64,000 bases of DNA from Mobula birostris (taxonomy: Eukaryota): contig NC_092396.1 in the NCBI RefSeq assembly GCF_030028105.1, positions 17,381,820-17,445,819 of the forward strand. Reading direction: 5' to 3'. A model generated the notes under the pieces. It saw only the letters and a list, made by a program, of their open reading frames with translations. It did not search any database and was not told the DNA's origin. Shown here one piece after another: positions 12,166 through 25,300 of the stretch. How positions within the stretch are numbered: position 1 is the first letter of the stretch; every line of letters begins with the position of its first letter. Position numbers and translations under genes: made by a program.

Positions 12166-15050
12166 AATAACAATTGTAATCAGATAACAATTCAGCATTG
12201 CACAAGAGATGTTGACATTGGGTTGGGTGTCTGAAGTTTGTTTCCAGTATACCTTTGGCAGGGTGTTAAAAGAGCAGTGAGGTTTGGAGAGGTTTTAAGA
12301 CATTATTTAAAATCTTAAAGCCTAATGGCATAGCTGCTGCTCACGAGGAAATGGAAATTCAGGTCTATGAAAAGTTTGAGTTACAAGTTTTTGTAAAGTT
12401 CTCAGAGGAATGTGTAAAGTCAGCTGAGGCAATAGGGTTTTTTTTTAAGGAGTAATTAAAATCCAGGCCCAAGTAATTTAGCAAGGAACCAGGGTGATTG
12501 TTAATTGTGAGTTAGGACAGAGGCAGCAGAATGGAAGGAGTCTGAGTTAGTGATAAATGGAAGATGGCATGTCAGTCAGGAGAACATTAAAACTGAGTCT
12601 ATAGGAAATGAAGGCACGTTTTGGGCTCAGGTAATGACAGAATGAAGATGGGCAATATCATGAAGGTGAAAGTTGCTTGTCTTTGTGAATTAATGTTTGT
12701 CAAGTCAGAAGGTCACCAAAAATGCTGATAATGCCATCAATCCAGTTCAACCTAAGACAAGCCATGTAGATAATAAGCATTGTATCTTTTTCTTTTGTGC
12801 CTCCAAATTTTCTGGGAGAAGATAACCACCTTTAATCTCCAAATATTTTGTGCACCAAGTTCATAAATCATAATTCTCAAACACAAAAATGGTTATAGTA
12901 CTTCATACTGTACAATGAAATTGAAGTATCACTTTTCACAAATGAGGTATTATGAATTTTTTTTATAGACCCAACATTACACCTGGTCTTTACATAGACA
13001 GTGTGAGGTGCAAGACAAATAATTATTTTGGACAATGGAACCAAAGCACAACCTATCCCTTCAATAGTTTCAAATGATGGAGCAAATGTATCTGTTCTCA
13101 ATGTAGGAATGTTGATCATGCTATCTGCAAGATCAATAGAATAATAGATTGAAAGAGGGAATCCCACACAGTAGCTGCAGCTTCTAACAGACCACGTTCA
13201 GCAGTTGGAGCTGGAACTGGATGAACTCCAGATCATTCGAGAGGCTAATGGTCAGGACATACAGGGAGGTAGTTACACCCAAGGTGCAGGGCATGGGTAA
13301 CTGGGTGACTGTCAAGAAGGGGAAAGGGGATAGGCAGCTCAGTGGCCATTCCCCTCAACAAAAGGTTGGATACCGTGGGGGGGAGGGGAGCTGTACAGAA
13401 GAGACTGCTGGCACCTAAACTAGAGGGGGACTAACATCCCAGTGGGAGGGTTTGCTAGTGCTGCACAACAGTGGGAGGTGGGGTGTTAAATTAGAGTTGC
13501 AGTGGGATGGGAACATTGGATACTGTGTGTGTGTGGTGGGGGGGGAGGGGGGTGGTGTGACCTATTAGAGGATAGCCATAGCAGTCAGGTCTCTGGCACT
13601 GTCTAGCTCTATGGCTCAGAAGGGAAGGGATGAGCTGTAGTGATAGGGGACTTGTTGGTTAAGAAACAGAAAGGAGGTTCTGTGGGCGAGAGCAAGATTC
13701 CCGATAGTTTGTTGCCTCCCAAGCGCCAGGATCTGTAACATCTTGGATTCTTAAATGGGAGGGTGAGCATCTAGAGAGATTGTGGTCCACGGCGGTACTA
13801 CTGACATAGGCAGGTGGGGTGACGAGATGCTGCAAAGCGAATTCAGAGGGTTAGGTGCCAAGTTAAATGACAGGACCTCCAGAACTGTGATCTCAGGATT
13901 GCTACCTGTGCCATGTGCGAGTGAGGCCAGAAATAGGAAAATCATACAATTTAACTTGTGGCTAACGAGTTGGTGCAGGAGGGAGGGCTTCAGATTTTTG
14001 GATCATTGAGCTCTCTTCCAGGGAGAGTAGAACCTGGACAGTTTGATTCTGAACTGGAGGAAGACTAATATCCTTGCAGGAAGGTTTGCTAATGTTGCAC
14101 GGGGAGAGGGTTAAACCAGAGTTACAGGGGGATGGGAACCAAAGTGCCAGAACAGATAGTGGAGAAAGATATTGTTAAGTCTACATACAAGGTCAGGAAT
14201 CAAAAGGTTGAGTATCGTGGGACTAATATTCTGAGTTGTGTGCATTTCAATGCAAGAAGTATTGGAGGAAAGGTGGATGAGATTAGGGCATGGATCAGCA
14301 CATGGAATTATTACAGTGTAATCATTAGTGAAACTGAATTGCAAGAGGGGACAGGACTGTTGGCTCAATGTTCTGGTGTTCTGTTCTAGATGTGATAGAG
14401 CAGGAGGGATTAGAGGGTAAGGGGTGGCATTACTAGTCAGGGAAAATGTCACAGCTGTGCTCACTCAGGACAGACTGAAGAGCTCATCGAGTGAGGCTTT
14501 CTGGATAGACAGTGCCTATAAAAAGCATTCAACCACCCCCCCCAGAAGTTTTTGTTTTTTTATTGTTTTACAACATTGAATCACAGTGGATTTACTTTGG
14601 CTTTTTTGATACTGATCAATAGAAAAGATTTTCTTGTCGTGAAAGCAAATTTCAACAAATTGGCCAAATTTATTACAATTATTAAACACAATAGTTGATT
14701 GCCTCACCCCTTCAAATCAAGACAAGTATTTAGTAGATGCAGCTTTGGCAGCAATTAAAGCTTTGAGTCTCTGTGGATAGGTCTCTATCAGCTTTGCACA
14801 TCTGCACACTGCAATTTTCACCATTCTTCTTTACAAAACTGCTCAAACTCTGTCAGGGATTGTGAGTGAACAACCTTTTTTCCAAGTCCAGCCTTAAATT
14901 CTCAATTGGTTTGAAGTCTGAACTCTGTTGTTTTTAAGCCATTCCTTGATAGCTTTGGGTTTATGCTTGGGGTCATTGTCTTGCTGGAAAACATTCTTCT
15001 CCCAAGTCAGTTCTCTTGCAGACGGCATCAGATTTTCCTCCAGGATTTTC

Positions 15051-15307
15051 CACTCAGCCAACACACTTTTCGTCCCTCTTCCCTCCAGGAGAAGGTTCAG
15101 GAGCTTGAAGACTCGTATAGCCAGATTTGGGAACAGCTTCTTTCCAACTATGATAAGACTGCTGAACAGATCCTGACCCGGATCTGGGCTGTACCCTCCA
15201 AATATCCGGGCCTGCCTCTCGATTTTTTTGCATTACCTTACTTCCCATTTTCTATTTATGATTTATAATTTAAATATTTAATATTTACTAATTTTAACTA
15301 TTTTTAA
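15051..15307 (+). mobile_element. Rex1/Babar-type LINE 3' fragment nested in Tc1-A (tail resumes at about 16753-16763)
   Basis: [39 protein letters not shown] matches the C-terminal motif of this LINE group; an AT-rich 3' end follows. Confidence 0.65.
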
Positions 15308-15309
15308 TA

Positions 15310-16750
15310 CAAACCCCATTTCTAGAAAAGTTGGGATATTTTCCAAAATGCAATAAAAACAAAAATCTGTGATATGTTAATTCACGTGAACCTTTATTTA
15401 ACTGACAAAAGTACAAAGAAAAGATTTTCAATAGTTTTACTGACCAACTTAATTGTATTTTGTAAATATACACAAATTTAGAATTTGATGGCTGCAACAC
15501 ACTCAACAAAAGTTGGGACAGACCCCTTTGTGCCAAAATTCGTGAGAGAATTGTTAGTCAGTTCAAAAGGAACATTTCTCAACTCAAGATTGCAGAGAAT
15601 TTAGGTCTTTCAACATCTACAGTAAATAATATTGTGAAAAGATTCAGAGAATTCAGAGACATCTCAGTGTGTAAAGGGCAAGGTCGGAAACCACTGTTGA
15701 ATGCGCGTGATCTTCGAGCCCTCAGGTGGCACTGCCTAAGAAACCGTCATGCTACTGTGACAATTATAGCACCTGGGCTGGGGAGTACTTTGGAAAACCA
15801 TTGTCACTCGACACAGTCTGTCACTGCATCCAGAAATGCAACTTGAAACTGTATTACGCAAGGAGGAAGCCATACATCAACTCTATACAGAAACGCCGGC
15901 GAGTTCTCTGGGTCCGAGCTCATCTCAGATGGACTGAAAGACTGTGGAACCGTGTGCTGTGGTCAGGATGAGTCCACATTTCAGCTAGTTTTCAGAAAAA
16001 AATGTGTGTCGAGTTCTCCGTGCCAAAGATGAAAACGACCATCCAGATTGCTATCAGCGAAAGGTGCAAAAGCCAGCATCTGTGATGGTATGGGGGTGCA
16101 TCAGTGCCCACGGCATGGGTGAGTTGTATGTATGTGAAGGTACCATTGACTCTGAGGCGAATGTTAGGATTTTAGAGAGACTTACGTCGCTATCAAGGCG
16201 ATGTCTCTTCTTGGGACGTCCATGCTTATTCAGCAGGGCAATGCCAGACCACATTCTGCACGGGCCACAATACCGTGGCTTTGTAGACACAGAGTGCGTG
16301 TGCTTGACTGGCCTGCTGCCAGTCCAGATCTATCTCCTATTGAAAACGTATGGCGCATCATGAAGAGGAGAATCAGACAACGGAGACCACGGACTGTTGA
16401 GCAGCTGAAGTCTTGTATCAAGCAAGAATGGACAAAATTTCCAATTGCAAATCTACTACAATTAGTATCCTCAGTTCCAAAATGATTAAAAAGTGTTATT
16501 AAAAGGAAAGGTGATGTAACACAATGGTAAACATGCCTCTCTCCCAACTTTTGTTGAGTGTGTTGCAGCTATCAAATTCTAAATTTGCGTATGTTTACAA
16601 AATACAATTAAGTTGGTCAGTAAATCTATTGAAAATCTTTTCTTTGTACTTTTGTCAGTTAAATAAAGGTTCACATGAATTAACATATCACAAATTTTTG
16701 TTTTTATTGCATTTTGGAAAATATCCCAACTTTTCTGGAAATGGGGTTTG
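15310..16750 (+). mobile_element. Tc1-like DNA transposon B with ~210-bp TIRs and a frameshifted transposase
   Basis: TA|CAAACCCCATTTC...GAAATGGGGTTTG|TA; TIRs 15310-15520 and 16540-16750 are nearly identical. Motifs GRKPLL, VMVWGCIS, QQGNARPH (catalytic D changed to G) and SPDLSPIENVW. Confidence 0.93.
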
Positions 16751-19700
16751 TATAAAGTATAAAGATTTCCCTGATTTTGCTGCATTCATTTAACCTTCTA
16801 TTGTTACAAACCTTCCAGGGTCTGCTGCAATGAAGCATCTCTCACTCATCTCCTTCTTGCACAGTCAATCAGTCTTTGAGTACAGTCTGCTCTAGGCAGA
16901 TTTACAGCTGTCATATTCTTTACATTTTTTGATGATTGACTTGAATACTCCAAAGGGTATTCAGTGACTTGGAAATTTTCTTGTATCCATCTCCTGACTT
17001 CTGCTTTTCAATAACCTTTTCATGGAGTTGCTTGGAGTGTTCTTTGTTTTCATGGTACAGTTTTTGCCAGGATACTGACACATCAGATGTTGGACCTTCC
17101 AGATACAGGTGCATTTTTAATACAATCAATTGAAACACCTTGACTGCACACAGATGATCTCCATTTAACTTCTGAAACCAATTGGCTGCACCAGTGATGA
17201 TTTGGTGAGTCATATTAAAGGGGATGAATACTTATGCAATCAATTATTTTGTGTTTTATATTTGTAATTAATTTAGGTCACTTTGTAGAGATGTTTTCAC
17301 TTTTCTTCTGTTGATCAGTGTCAAAAAAAAGCTAAATTAAATCCACTGTAATTCAATGTTGTAAAACTATAAAACATGAAAACTTCCCGGGGGGGGGGGG
17401 GTGAATTCTTTTTATAGGCACTGTAACTGAGAAATAAGAAAGGTATGAACATATTAATGGGATTATCTTATAGACTACCCCAAAGTCTGTGGAATTTAGA
17501 GGAGCAAATTTGTAGGGAGTTTGCAGACTGGCAAGAAATACAAGGTTGTGATAGTAGGTGATGTTAACTTTCCACATATTGACTGGGACTCCCATTCTGT
17601 ACAAGGGCTGGATGGGAAAAGAGTTTGTCAGATTTGTTCAGGTAGGTTTCCTTAATCAGTACATAGAAGTCCAAACTAGAGGGAGTGTGATACCAGATCT
17701 CCTATTAGGGAATGAGAAAGGGGAATTAACAGATGTTTGTGTAGAGATCTCTTTGCATCTGGTGACCATAACGCCTTCAAAAGTGAAATTTTGAGAATAC
17801 AGAATTTATATGTTCCTGTCAGAAATAGACTTATGGAACCTTGGTTTTCGAGAGATGTTGAGACCCTAGTTAGGAAGTGGTGCAGAGTAGGTATAGGCAG
17901 GCAGGAGCAAATGGGGTACTGAAGGAGTGAAAGAAGTGCAAGAGAACTCTTAAGAAGAAAATCAGGCGGGCTAAAAGAAGACATGAGGTTGCTCTAGCAG
18001 ACAAGGTAAAGGAATCCTAAGGGATTCTATGGTTATATTAAGAGCAAAAGGATTGCAAGACACTAAATTGGTCCTCTGGGAGATCAGACAGGTAATCTAT
18101 GCATGGAGCCTAAAGAGATGGGGGAGACCTTAAACGGACTTTTTTGCATCTGTATTTACAAACACAGTCGATAGGTGTGAGGCAATTTAGCAGCAAAGTC
18201 ATGGTCCATATACAGAATATAGAGGAGGAGGTTTTTGTTGTCTTGAGGCAAATTAGGGTGGATAAATCCCCAGGGCCTGACAGTGTGTTCCCTCAAACCC
18301 TGTGGGAGCTAGTGCAGAAATTGCAAGGGCTCTAGCAGATATTTAAAACATCCTTAACCATTGCTGAGGTGTCAGGGGATTGGCACCTAATGTTGTTCTG
18401 ATGTTTAAGAAAGGCTCCAAGAATAAACCAAGAAATTATATGTCAAATGAGTTTGACTTCAGTGGTGGAAAAGTTATTGGTATAAGTATTTTGATGGAAA
18501 GGAAAGGGACTGACTAGGGATAGCCAACATGGCTTTGTGCATGGTAGGCAGAGTCTAACTATCTTATAGAGCTTTTTGACAAATTTACGGGCGTAGTTCA
18601 TGGAGGCCTGGCAGTGGATGTTGTCTACATGGACTTCAGCAAGGCATTTGACAAGGCCCTGCATGGGAGGCTGGTCAAGAAGTTCAGTCACTTGGCATTC
18701 AAGATGAGGCGATAAACTAGTTTGGACATTGGCTTCGCGGAAAAAGCCAGTGTAATTGTAGATGATTGCCTCTCTGACTGGAGATCTATGACTAGTGGTG
18801 GGCTGCAGGGATTGTAGCTGGGTCAGATGTTGTTTGTCATTTGTATCAGTGATCTGGATGATAATGTTGTGAACTGGATTAGTAACTTTGCAGTTGACAT
18901 CAAGATTGGGGGTGTAGTGGATAGCAAGGAAACTTGCAGCAGGATCGGGATCAGCTGGAAAAATGGCAGGTGGAATTTAATACAGGCGGCTGTGAGGTAT
19001 TGCACTTTGGTAGGACCAGCAAGGGTAGGTTTTACACAGTGAGTGGTAGGGCACTGAAGAGTGTGGTAGAACAGAGGAATCTGGAAATCCATAATTCCCT
19101 AAAAGTGGTGTCACAAGCAGATAGGGTCGTAAAGAAAGCTTTTGACACACTGGCCTTCATGGGTCAATGTACTGATTACAGGAGTTGGGATGTTATGTTG
19201 AAATTGAGTAAGATGTTGGTGAGACCTAATCTGAAGTATTGTGTGCATTTTTGGTCATCTATCTACAGGGAAGATGTAAGTAAGAGTGCAGACCAAATTT
19301 ACAAGGAAGTTTCTGGGACTTGAGGACCTGAGTTTAAATATTGGGAAAGGCTGAATAGGTTAAGAATTTATTCCCTAGAACTTAGAAGACTGAAGGGAGA
19401 TTTGATAGAGATATACAAAATTATGAGGGGTATAGATAGGGTAAATGCAAACAGGCTTTTTCCACTGAGATTGGGTGGGACTGCAACTAGATGTCGTGGG
19501 TTAAAGAGGAAAGGTGAAATGTTTACGAGGAAAATGAGGGGGAACTTCTTCACTCAGAGGATGGTGAGTGTTTGGAGCGAGCTGCGAGCACCATTGGTGG
19601 ATGTGGGTTTGATTTCAAAATTAAAGAGAAATTTGGATAGGTACATGGATGGAGATCTGTGGTCTGGGTGCAGGTCAATGGGACCAGGCAGATTAATGGC

Positions 19701-19815
19701 TTAACACAGTGTAGATGGGCTGATGGGCTGAAGGGCTTGTTTCTTTACTGTAGTGTTCCATGACAATAATGAGCCACCCTCTTTTTTGGATAAAACAAAC
19801 AAAATGTTATGACAA

Positions 19816-20031
19816 ACAAGAGAAAATCTGCAGATGTTGGAAATCAAAGTAACACACAAAATGCTGCAGGAACTCAGCAGGCCAGGCAGCATCTATGGAA
19901 AAGAGTACAGTTGACGTTTCAGGCCAAGATCTTGATGAAGCGTCTTGGCCCAAAATGTCGATTGTTTTCTCTTTTCCAAAGATGCTGCTTGGCCTGATGA
20001 GTTCCTCCAAAATTTTGTATGTATTAAAAAA
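19816..20031. mobile_element. Short fold-back Penelope-derived element with a degenerate hammerhead core
   Basis: Inverted arms (aaaatgctgcaggaactcagcaggccaggcagcatctatggaaaagag / ctcttttccaaagatgctgcttggcctgatgagttcctcc), flanked by TTATGACAA at 19807-19815 and 20032-20040. Confidence 0.8.
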
Positions 20032-21767
20032 TTATGACAACTAGTGAGATGTGTAATGTCAAGGATTACTTGAAAAGCCAAAACTAAAGGAAAAGAAATT
20101 TAGTGACTAATCATTTTGCTCCTCACTTTATAACATTAGTGTTTCAACAGGTCTCATCTGTTACGAATCTGCATCATCGTTCAAAGCAACTCATGCCAAA
20201 TTTGAGTGATATTACAACATTAAAATTAGGTAGCAGGAAAAAAAAATAGTCCTTTATGAAGACTGGTCAAGCTGGGTTATGATATCCTCCAATATTAACA
20301 GTGCCTAGGTCCACACATGGAGAACCATGGCTTTGGAGAAAACCTGAGACCTGCTTAAAACCAGTTTGAAGTCTATAGACAGAAGACTCATCAAAGGAAA
20401 TAGCATACAGTAGGACAAATCCAGAACCCTCCAAGAACCATGACTAGTAATTATCCATCGACTTCTGTGTGTTGGGGTCACTTGTGTAATTGGGAGTATT
20501 TTCCCCCAATGTTAAGCATTCTAACATGGTAGTAGCTGTCATGTGACCATTCACTTTCTCCACTTGTTGGTTGATGAAATATCAAAAGCAGAGTCTCAAA
20601 CTCCTTAATGAAAAAGAAGGTACTGGTGATATTGAAACAGCTCCTTGCCATTCCAAATGACAGTGGTTTTGGGCTTGAGGGATGCTGCCAATGAATTTTT
20701 ACTGAACTGGTACAACACATCATATAGGTGGTGTACACTACAGATGATGAAAGGAAATTATACACAAGGTAATGGATATGCTGCCAGTCAAGTGTCCTAG
20801 ATGCCATTAGGCTGTTGTTGGAGCTTTTTATTTGGGAAAGAGGAGATGATCCATCACACCTCTGACATGCTTTGTTGATGGGGTAAAGATTCTGAGGATT
20901 AACAAGGTAAATCAACGCCCCCAGGATAACAAGTCCTTGTCCTCGTATTATTATTCAGCTTGTCGTACTATGTTTCTCATTAACCTACAGGGGAGCATCA
21001 AAAAACTTTCAGAATGAGCAATTGGCAAATGAAGGTTCAACATAAATGTGGAATAGGGCAATATTGGCTTGAAGGATAGCAAGGCCACTTATTTCATTTA
21101 AAGTACAAGGAACGTGTACCCATCACTAAATTTTAGCATTAAAGATTAACAAAAAGGCAGACACTAAAGGTTATCACTACTGGCATATAATTGAAAATCA
21201 GCAAAGTTATATTATATTGAACATCAGTTTTACTATACTGAGATTACTGTATATCATTCAGGTCACTGATATGGATTTAGAAACACTGATTTTTTAGCCC
21301 ATTCTTGGTTTAGGTGTTAGGCCACAGATGATAGCTGAAGAACTGAAACATCCCATGGCTGTGGGGGAGTTGCTGCATCTTCTGTGCTTCCTCTGGCTCC
21401 ACCTTCAGGTGCCTGTTTGATCTGTCTTATCCCCCAAAACAAAAGTTAAGTGTCTTGTCCAGAGCGGCTTACATTTACTGTGAATTAGGTCCTTGATTCT
21501 CATCAATCCAGTCCTGGTTCATTCTGTTAGCAAAGCCAAGAGTTTCTTCACATTGGTCAATTATGGTGCACAGGGTAGTCCATAAGCTCCAGTCAGTTGG
21601 TGGGTCCAGCGATCTGGGAGTTGATAGGTTGTTTATGAGGAGCTGTGTGAGAAGAGCCAGTTCTGTAGGGAACTTGAGAGCATTGAAAATGAACTTCTTG
21701 TGGCAATACTCCTAGTGACACTGATATTTTGAGGGCAAAGTTTTGGAGAAAGTGCAGATTAGATGAT

Positions 21768-22331
21768 AAACACGAGAAAGTCTGCAGATGCTGGAAATCC
21801 AAAGCAACACACACAAAGTGATGGAGGAACTCAGCAGGTCAGGCAGCATCTATGGAAATGAATAAACAGTCAGTGTTTCAAGCCAAGACCTTCCTTCAGG
21901 ACTGAAAATGAATGTGGAAAGGTGGTGTTGGAGCAACACTTTATATTCCATCTAGGTAGCCTTCAACCAGATGGCATGAATTTTGATTTCTCCTTCTGGT
22001 AAAAAAAAATCCCTTTCCCCTCCCCTCTTCTTCTATCCCCACTCTGGCCTACCTCTCTCACCTACCTATCACCTACTCCTGGGTCCCTTTCTCCTTTGGT
22101 CTATTCTCCTCTCCTACCAGATCCCTTCTTCTACAGCTCTATCTTTCCAACCTGGCTCCACACCTTCATCTTCTAGCCAGCCTCCTTCCTCTCCTCCCAC
22201 CTTTTTATACTGGTGTCTTTCTCCTTTTCAGTTCTGAAGAAGGATCTCAGCCCAAAACATCAACTGTTTATTCATTTCCATAGATGCTGCCTGACTTGCT
22301 GAATTCCTCCAGCATTTTGTGTGTGTTGCTT
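21768..22331. mobile_element. Fold-back Penelope-derived element with 13-bp TSD
   Basis: Inverted arms of about 100 bp, each with a hammerhead remnant (21868-21905 on -, 22229-22266 on +). TSD CAGATTAG(A/G)TGAT at 21755-21767 and 22332-22344. Confidence 0.85.
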
Positions 22332-25300
22332 CAGATTAGGTGATGGTCAGTCAAAAGTCATCAGTATCTATGGTGTGCAGATCCAAAGTTATCTTTGCTG
22401 TTTCACACTTAGGCAATGAATAATTCTGCAGGTTCCAGTTGGATCAGATATTCTGCTTGTCCCTCTGATGAAACATGAAGTTAATTATGACAAGGCTGTG
22501 CTCCAAGCACCCTACTGGAATTAGTCTTCCCTATTCCTTGCTTGCTCATCATACCTTGACAATGGGGTACATCCTTTTCCATGCTGCCACTGAAGTCCCT
22601 CAGGAAGATCAATTTGTTTCCCTTTGGGATGCAGATCAGATGTTTTTCTTTTTGAAAATGGAAACATTAATCCCCAATTCATTTGAAGTTTCAAGGGTTG
22701 GTCCTTTGATGGGGTTGAGCCCAAAGTTCTTAAGTCTCTCAATAATTCTGCAAAGTGAGTTGCTGAAATGGTGGCTGGGATCATTCTAGATGGCAAAGCC
22801 CATCTCATGAACGTGGTGCTTATTTTACAGGTTTGTCCCTCAACTCATACCTTGTTCTTTACTGGATCAAGATCTTGCTTTATGAAGTCCTCATGAAAGC
22901 TGATTAAAAAAGTACACAGAGACAACTTTTACACCACAAAAAGAAGTCCAGGATCTGTAATGTTACGATCTTCATACACAATCCCAAAAGTTTCGATTCT
23001 GAACACTTCTCCACCATATAGCTCATAAATTCAGAAGCTTTAACATCAGCTTTACTGTCCTACATGAGCTAACCCTAGTTTCAGTGGAATAGGGACATTA
23101 AACAATAATCAGCATGATTCGTGCTTCTAACTCTTGGAACGAGAAGAAATTTTAAATGTATTTTTAATCACTTTTCATGATCTAAACCTGTCTTCCTGTC
23201 CAGTTAGATACAGTGCAAGAAAGACCTGCATTTTCATAAAACCTTACATGACCTTCCAAAGCACTTAACAATTGGTAAAATACTTCTGTAGTCATTGCAG
23301 TTAGCTCAAAAATTATCTCAGAGCAGTGCATAAAGGAAAAGGAAATTCTTCAACCCAACATTCCCATTTCAGTCAACGATTAAAAAAGCACATTGGCCTC
23401 AATCTTTTTTTGCGGGATCTTAGTATGAAAATTATTTGCGGTGCTTGCTTTTATTCCTACATTGTCTTCACTTCAAAATAATTAAATGACTGCAGCATTC
23501 CTTCCTTTTTTGAACAAGCTGTTTGAAACTTTCTACTTCCAATCCATCCTATGTATTTAAAGCAGGTGTTTACTATTCTTTGCTATCTTTCCGGTGCCAG
23601 CACATCTGCTGGGCATTTTGTACTTTCACTTCATATTTAAACTCTATTGTACATTTGGAATAGTGTTGGTTTGAGTAACACTCAAATTCCCTGCTCTGAT
23701 TTAGACCAAAGTAAGATATCAGATCCAGTGACACACAATGGGCTCCCTACAAGAAAATGATATTAAACAGGAATTTGGCACCATTCAATGTATAGTTTAC
23801 ATTTGCAACAAGATCAATCTCCAGTACAGTTAAAGCCCAAGCCATGTTTAATCCTCAAACGTTCACAAGTCTTTGATCTGTGTTTAAGAATGTTTTCATT
23901 AACAGAAAAAGATACACTTAGATTTGGATGTACGTGTTCCACATTCACTGAATAGAAACAGCAGTGACTTAAGCTTTAATGACATCAGTAAATAAATCAC
24001 AGATCCGTGCACCACCAAATAGGCAATAATTTCATGCCAACTCTCCATGACAATTGTTCCCTTTCTTCTTCCCCTCCAAATATTCCAGCTGTTGGAAAGT
24101 GGATATCCACAAAGATGAATACGCTCTGTAGTTATCCAGTCTGTCTGCACATTGTCCAGGGTAAATCGTAGCGTAAGTTGGCTTTTCTCTTTCCTGATTG
24201 CCACCCATGCTGTTTCAATCATCATCCGGTGAAGAAGTGGTATTGCCAGTTGATTTTTTTTTGCAAGTTCAGTGAAGACCATCTTTTTGCAAACCCTACT
24301 GTAGACACAACCAAGATCAGCAAACTGGGGATAGTTTACAGTTATAACTACACACTGTACTACACTACATACATACTTGGGAGAAAGTGCAGAGGAGATT
24401 TACTAAAATGCAATGAGAAATGAGGGACTTCAGATTTGCTGAGGTAATAGAAAAAGTGGGATTATTCTTCTTCATACAAAGGTGATTGAGGGATGATTTA
24501 ATTAAGCCTAAAATTAAAAACAGTTCAATTGAATAAATAACAAGAAACAGTTTCCAATGGTCAGAGGGTCGAACCACTGGGGACAGAGTTAAAATAATTA
24601 GATGTCCAAAATGATTTACTTTAAAGGATGTAGATTCATTAGTAATCTTCAAACAGAAAATCCAGCCTCCTAACTATCACTATTATAGCTGTTTTCAGTG
24701 CCCCAGACATGTCAGGCAAAACATTGGCAGGTGTCAAGGTGGAGAAGGGTCCACTGGTGGATAGATGTGGTGGAAATGGGGTACTGACAGAGGTGGGTGC
24801 ATTACGATGAAACTTCTAGATCAATAGTCAATAACAGCCTATTCTCATTTTCCCCCAGTGTACATTCCTATGGAAGACAGATACAACTAAAAACTGAAAC
24901 CACAACCAAATAATTCAGTTATGGCATGAATCTCAAATTCACATTCTAATTGATCAGTTTATCTCCTTGACTAATGTTCTCTCCCCACCTCTCCCAATGA
25001 CGACAATTTGAGTTGGGAATGACCAGCCCCAACAATGAAATGCTTACATCTGCTCATTCACAGCAAGCACAGACTCATTGTTCGTAAGAGTTTCTAGAAA
25101 TTAATACAGAGCAGGAATTTCACTTCTTCTTAATCATGATGGTTTACTGTGACCTCATGTAGCTCCAATTGCTGTCTAAGGCTGAGATTAACGAAGCGTA
25201 GATTGGGAAATGAGAGTCTACCAAGACGGAAGCCATATGAACTCTATACAGGCTGTCCCTGGGGAACAAATGAGTTCCCTTTTCACAGATGTCTGTAAAT

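Larger units (their letters stand above)
14510..17423 (-). mobile_element. Tc1-like DNA transposon A (degenerate, hosts nested insertions)
   Basis: Termini CAGTGCCTATAAAAAG and CTTTTTATAGGCACTG(TA), with long imperfect TIRs. Minus-strand transposase N-terminus KEHSKQLHEKVIEKQKSGDGYKKISKSL. Confidence 0.85.
13170..19765 (+). mobile_element. Near full-length decayed CR1 LINE, split by a Tc1 insertion at 14510-17423
   Basis: ORF1 SGNH-esterase remnant (VHGGTTDIG...ISGLLPVP...WCRREGFRFLDH), endonuclease start (CVHFNARSI) and RT/C-terminal pieces (LVRPNLKYCVHFWS; RGNFFTQRMV). The sequence joins across the Tc1. Confidence 0.88.
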
